Of a stretch of 38,574 nucleotides of DNA, positions 37,296 through 38,574 are shown piece after piece; the first letter of the stretch is position 1; each line of letters begins with the position of its first letter. Where the stretch lies: positions 7,597 to 46,170 of the forward strand of contig CAYRZY010000002.1 in NCBI GenBank assembly GCA_964428855.1, in the 5' to 3' direction. The notes under the pieces were generated by a model. The model saw only the letters and a program-made list of their open reading frames with translations, had not been told where the DNA came from and made no database searches. The position numbers were made by a program, and so were the translations under genes. The stretch comes from an uncultured Flavobacteriaceae bacterium. Its GTDB lineage: Bacteria; Bacteroidota; Bacteroidia; Flavobacteriales; Flavobacteriaceae.

Positions 37296-37299
37296 ATCT

Positions 37300-38463
37300 A
37301 TGAAAACTACTGTTCAATATTTAGTCTCAATACTTCTATTTGTTAGTGTTTTCTATTCGTGTGTACATGATGATGATTATGAAATACCGAATATTGAGAA
37401 CTGTAATGAAGTCGCTATTCCCGTTACAAAAACAATTCAAGAAATTTACGATACTTCAACTAGTGCTGTTACACAATATTCTAACTCTGATGTACTTGAA
37501 GCCTATGTGACTTCAAACGATCAAGCAGGTAATTTTTTTAAACGTTTACATTTTCAAACTTTAGAAGGTTCTCGTGGGTTTAGTATTCCTATTGATGTGT
37601 CTAATCTGTACACCATATTTAACCCAGGTAGAAAAGTGTACATTCAACTTCAAAACAATTATACACAATTACATTTTGATGGATTAGAAATCGGAAATTA
37701 TTTCTTTGATGAAGCCACTCAATTAGAATCTATTGGTAAAATTCCTGTAGCTAATTTTAAAAATATCATTATTAAAACTTGTGATGTTATTGAAGAAGAA
37801 CAATTGGTCAATAAAATAGCTTTAAGTGAAATTACTGATGCTTATCTCAATACTTTAATCGAATTAAAAGATGTACAATTTGAGGATGCAGCTTTAGACA
37901 AAACCTTATATGATGTCAATAATGATGTTGGCGGAGCTACAAATTATGTTATTCAAGATATTTCAGAAACTTCTATAAATATTAGAACAAGTGCTTTTGC
38001 TAATTTCGGATCAACTGTTGTGCCTAATGGTAACGGAACCATTCGTGGTGTCTTGACAAAATTTAGAAATACCTATCAGTTATTAGCTAGAACTTTAGAT
38101 GATATCCGTTTAAACGGAGAAAGAAAACGTATTGGTTTTGCAGAAAACATCTCAGGTACAAAAATTAATATTGCAGAAATAAGAACCTTATTTACAGGTA
38201 CAGATACTCAACTATTAGACGACGTATTTATAGAGGGAGTCATTACCATGTCTGGGATAGATCATAACAATATGACCGAAAGAAATGCTTTTATTCAAGA
38301 TGAATCTGGTGCTATTGCTTTGCGTTTTTCTTCTACTACATCTGTCAGAAGAGGAAACAAAGTTAAAATTAATCTTAAAGATATCGTATTGGGAAATCTA
38401 AGAGGTTTACTACAAGCCAATATCACACAATATAAAAATGTGTTTTTTGTAGTAGTTCGTTAA
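37300..38463 (+). CDS. DUF5689 (OB-fold-like) surface lipoprotein, apparently C-terminally truncated
   Basis: Lipobox FYSC-VHDDD; YVTSNDQAGNFFK, PGRKVYI, NTLIELKDVQF, RTSAFANF, GNGTIRGVL and YQLLAR. A second repeat (IEGVIT, FIQDESGAI, GNKVKI) stops abruptly. Confidence 0.82.
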   Translation: MKTTVQYLVSILLFVSVFYSCVHDDDYEIPNIENCNEVAIPVTKTIQEIYDTSTSAVTQYSNSDVLEAYVTSNDQAGNFFKRLHFQTLEGSRGFSIPIDVSNLYTIFNPGRKVYIQLQNNYTQLHFDGLEIGNYFFDEATQLESIGKIPVANFKNIIIKTCDVIEEEQLVNKIALSEITDAYLNTLIELKDVQFEDAALDKTLYDVNNDVGGATNYVIQDISETSINIRTSAFANFGSTVVPNGNGTIRGVLTKFRNTYQLLARTLDDIRLNGERKRIGFAENISGTKINIAEIRTLFTGTDTQLLDDVFIEGVITMSGIDHNNMTERNAFIQDESGAIALRFSSTTSVRRGNKVKINLKDIVLGNLRGLLQANITQYKNVFFVVVR

Positions 38464-38574
38464 CATGTGATTTATGTCAATCTACATCTATTTGTAAAAA
38501 ATTAAAAAATTTGTATTTAAAGCATGATGGAAATGCTTGTTTAGATAGTTGCATTTCTTATACAGGTAATATTT

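Overview
AT-rich Bacteroidota chromosomal segment; gene content, TAnnTTTG -7 promoters and lipoprotein signals point to Flavobacteriaceae (inference). The middle is mostly core genes: pgi, M23 peptidase, DUF3108, tryptophan 2,3-dioxygenase, tilS, prc, surE, lpxB, comEC, a nucleotidyltransferase-TPR-DUF4292-EnvC cluster, acyl-CoA thioesterase, SPOR protein, dprA, kbl, queD, lpxH, a cyclase and radA. The most interesting content is at the two ends, each carrying a TonB-dependent transporter of the same SusD-less subfamily. The left one (754-5852) is followed by a four-repeat surface lipoprotein and a stalked surface endonuclease I, and has 11-bp-phased repeats over its promoter: a candidate nucleic-acid utilisation locus. 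The right one (34518-38463) is paired with a DUF5689 lipoprotein and looks damaged: the transporter reads past its expected stop, and the lipoprotein ends at a junction with a Cys-rich, eukaryote-like tail that may be a chimeric contig end. Other observations: a ~105-bp tandem repeat built from heptamers at the left edge, REP-like elements fused into the 3' ends of queD and kbl, several sigma54-like promoters, a probable CTG start and a candidate sRNA between lpxB and comEC. No rRNA, tRNA, CRISPR array, IS or prophage was recognised. All family assignments come from motif recognition, not database searches.
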